Assembly (NCBI GenBank): GCA_018398765.1
Contig: JAHBMJ010000243.1
Coordinates: 1-52,390, forward strand
DNA: 52,390 nt
Origin: Chromera velia
Lineage: Eukaryota
Direction: 5' to 3'
Within the stretch, counting starts at the first letter, position 1. Each line of letters opens with the position of its first letter. Shown here piece by piece: positions 52,112 to 52,390 of this stretch. The notes under the pieces are model-generated. The model was not told the origin of the DNA and searched no databases. It was given only the letters and a program-made list of their open reading frames with translations. A program made the translations under genes and the position numbers.

Positions 52112-52390
52112 CACTAGTGACCATGTTTGATTTGATTTGATTTGATTTGAGGTAGGGCTTAAGCTCAAATCAAATATCCAGTCAGGGAGGACCTAGTGTT
52201 TAAAGACCTATCAAATACGATCAAATATTTGATCAATGTGACTTTCAACCTCAAATATGAAGGTCCTGAAAAAACTTTTGTAAGTACCGATCCGTCACGC
52301 ATGCTGATTCAAATGAAAAATTTCAGAAAAACTTAAATCTTGATGGTTTGCTCTCAAAAAAAAAACGTTTTGAGCTGCACTGAAATTGAC
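52112..52390. mobile_element. Possible DNA-transposon end with TTTGA/TCAAA subterminal repeats, truncated by the window edge
   Basis: CACTAGTG at 52112; (TTTGA)5 at 52126-52150; inverted TCAAAT copies at about 52165, 52170, 52211, 52221, 52251 and 52309; palindrome TCAAATATTTGA at 52221-52232. Confidence 0.4.

Overview
This is eukaryotic, intron-rich nuclear DNA with GT-AG introns full of microsatellites and TGCATGCA motifs. Style and gene content fit a chromerid alveolate such as Chromera velia (inference). Left to right: (1) an intronless gene encoding a CBM20 domain plus 18-aa Cys/His zinc-finger-like repeats, interrupted by an in-frame TGA at a Cys position; (2) a decayed UPF1/DNA2-like SF1 helicase; (3) AT-rich islands holding two short TIR elements (MITE-like); (4) a 24-exon GCN1 gene (minus strand, about 2914 aa) that I spliced in frame by hand; (5) head-to-head with it, a 7-exon, about 2456-aa CAMK-type probable pseudokinase with a PH-like N-terminus and a C-terminal hydrophobic tail; (6) an AT-rich island; (7) a 5-exon, about 2184-aa minus-strand protein with a bipartite plastid-targeting-like leader and PPR-like motifs; (8) head-to-head with it, an intronless PP2A methylesterase (PME-1); (9) a final AT-rich island with repeats resembling a transposon end. 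No rRNA, tRNA or CRISPR array was seen. All exon models are manual and unverified by transcripts.
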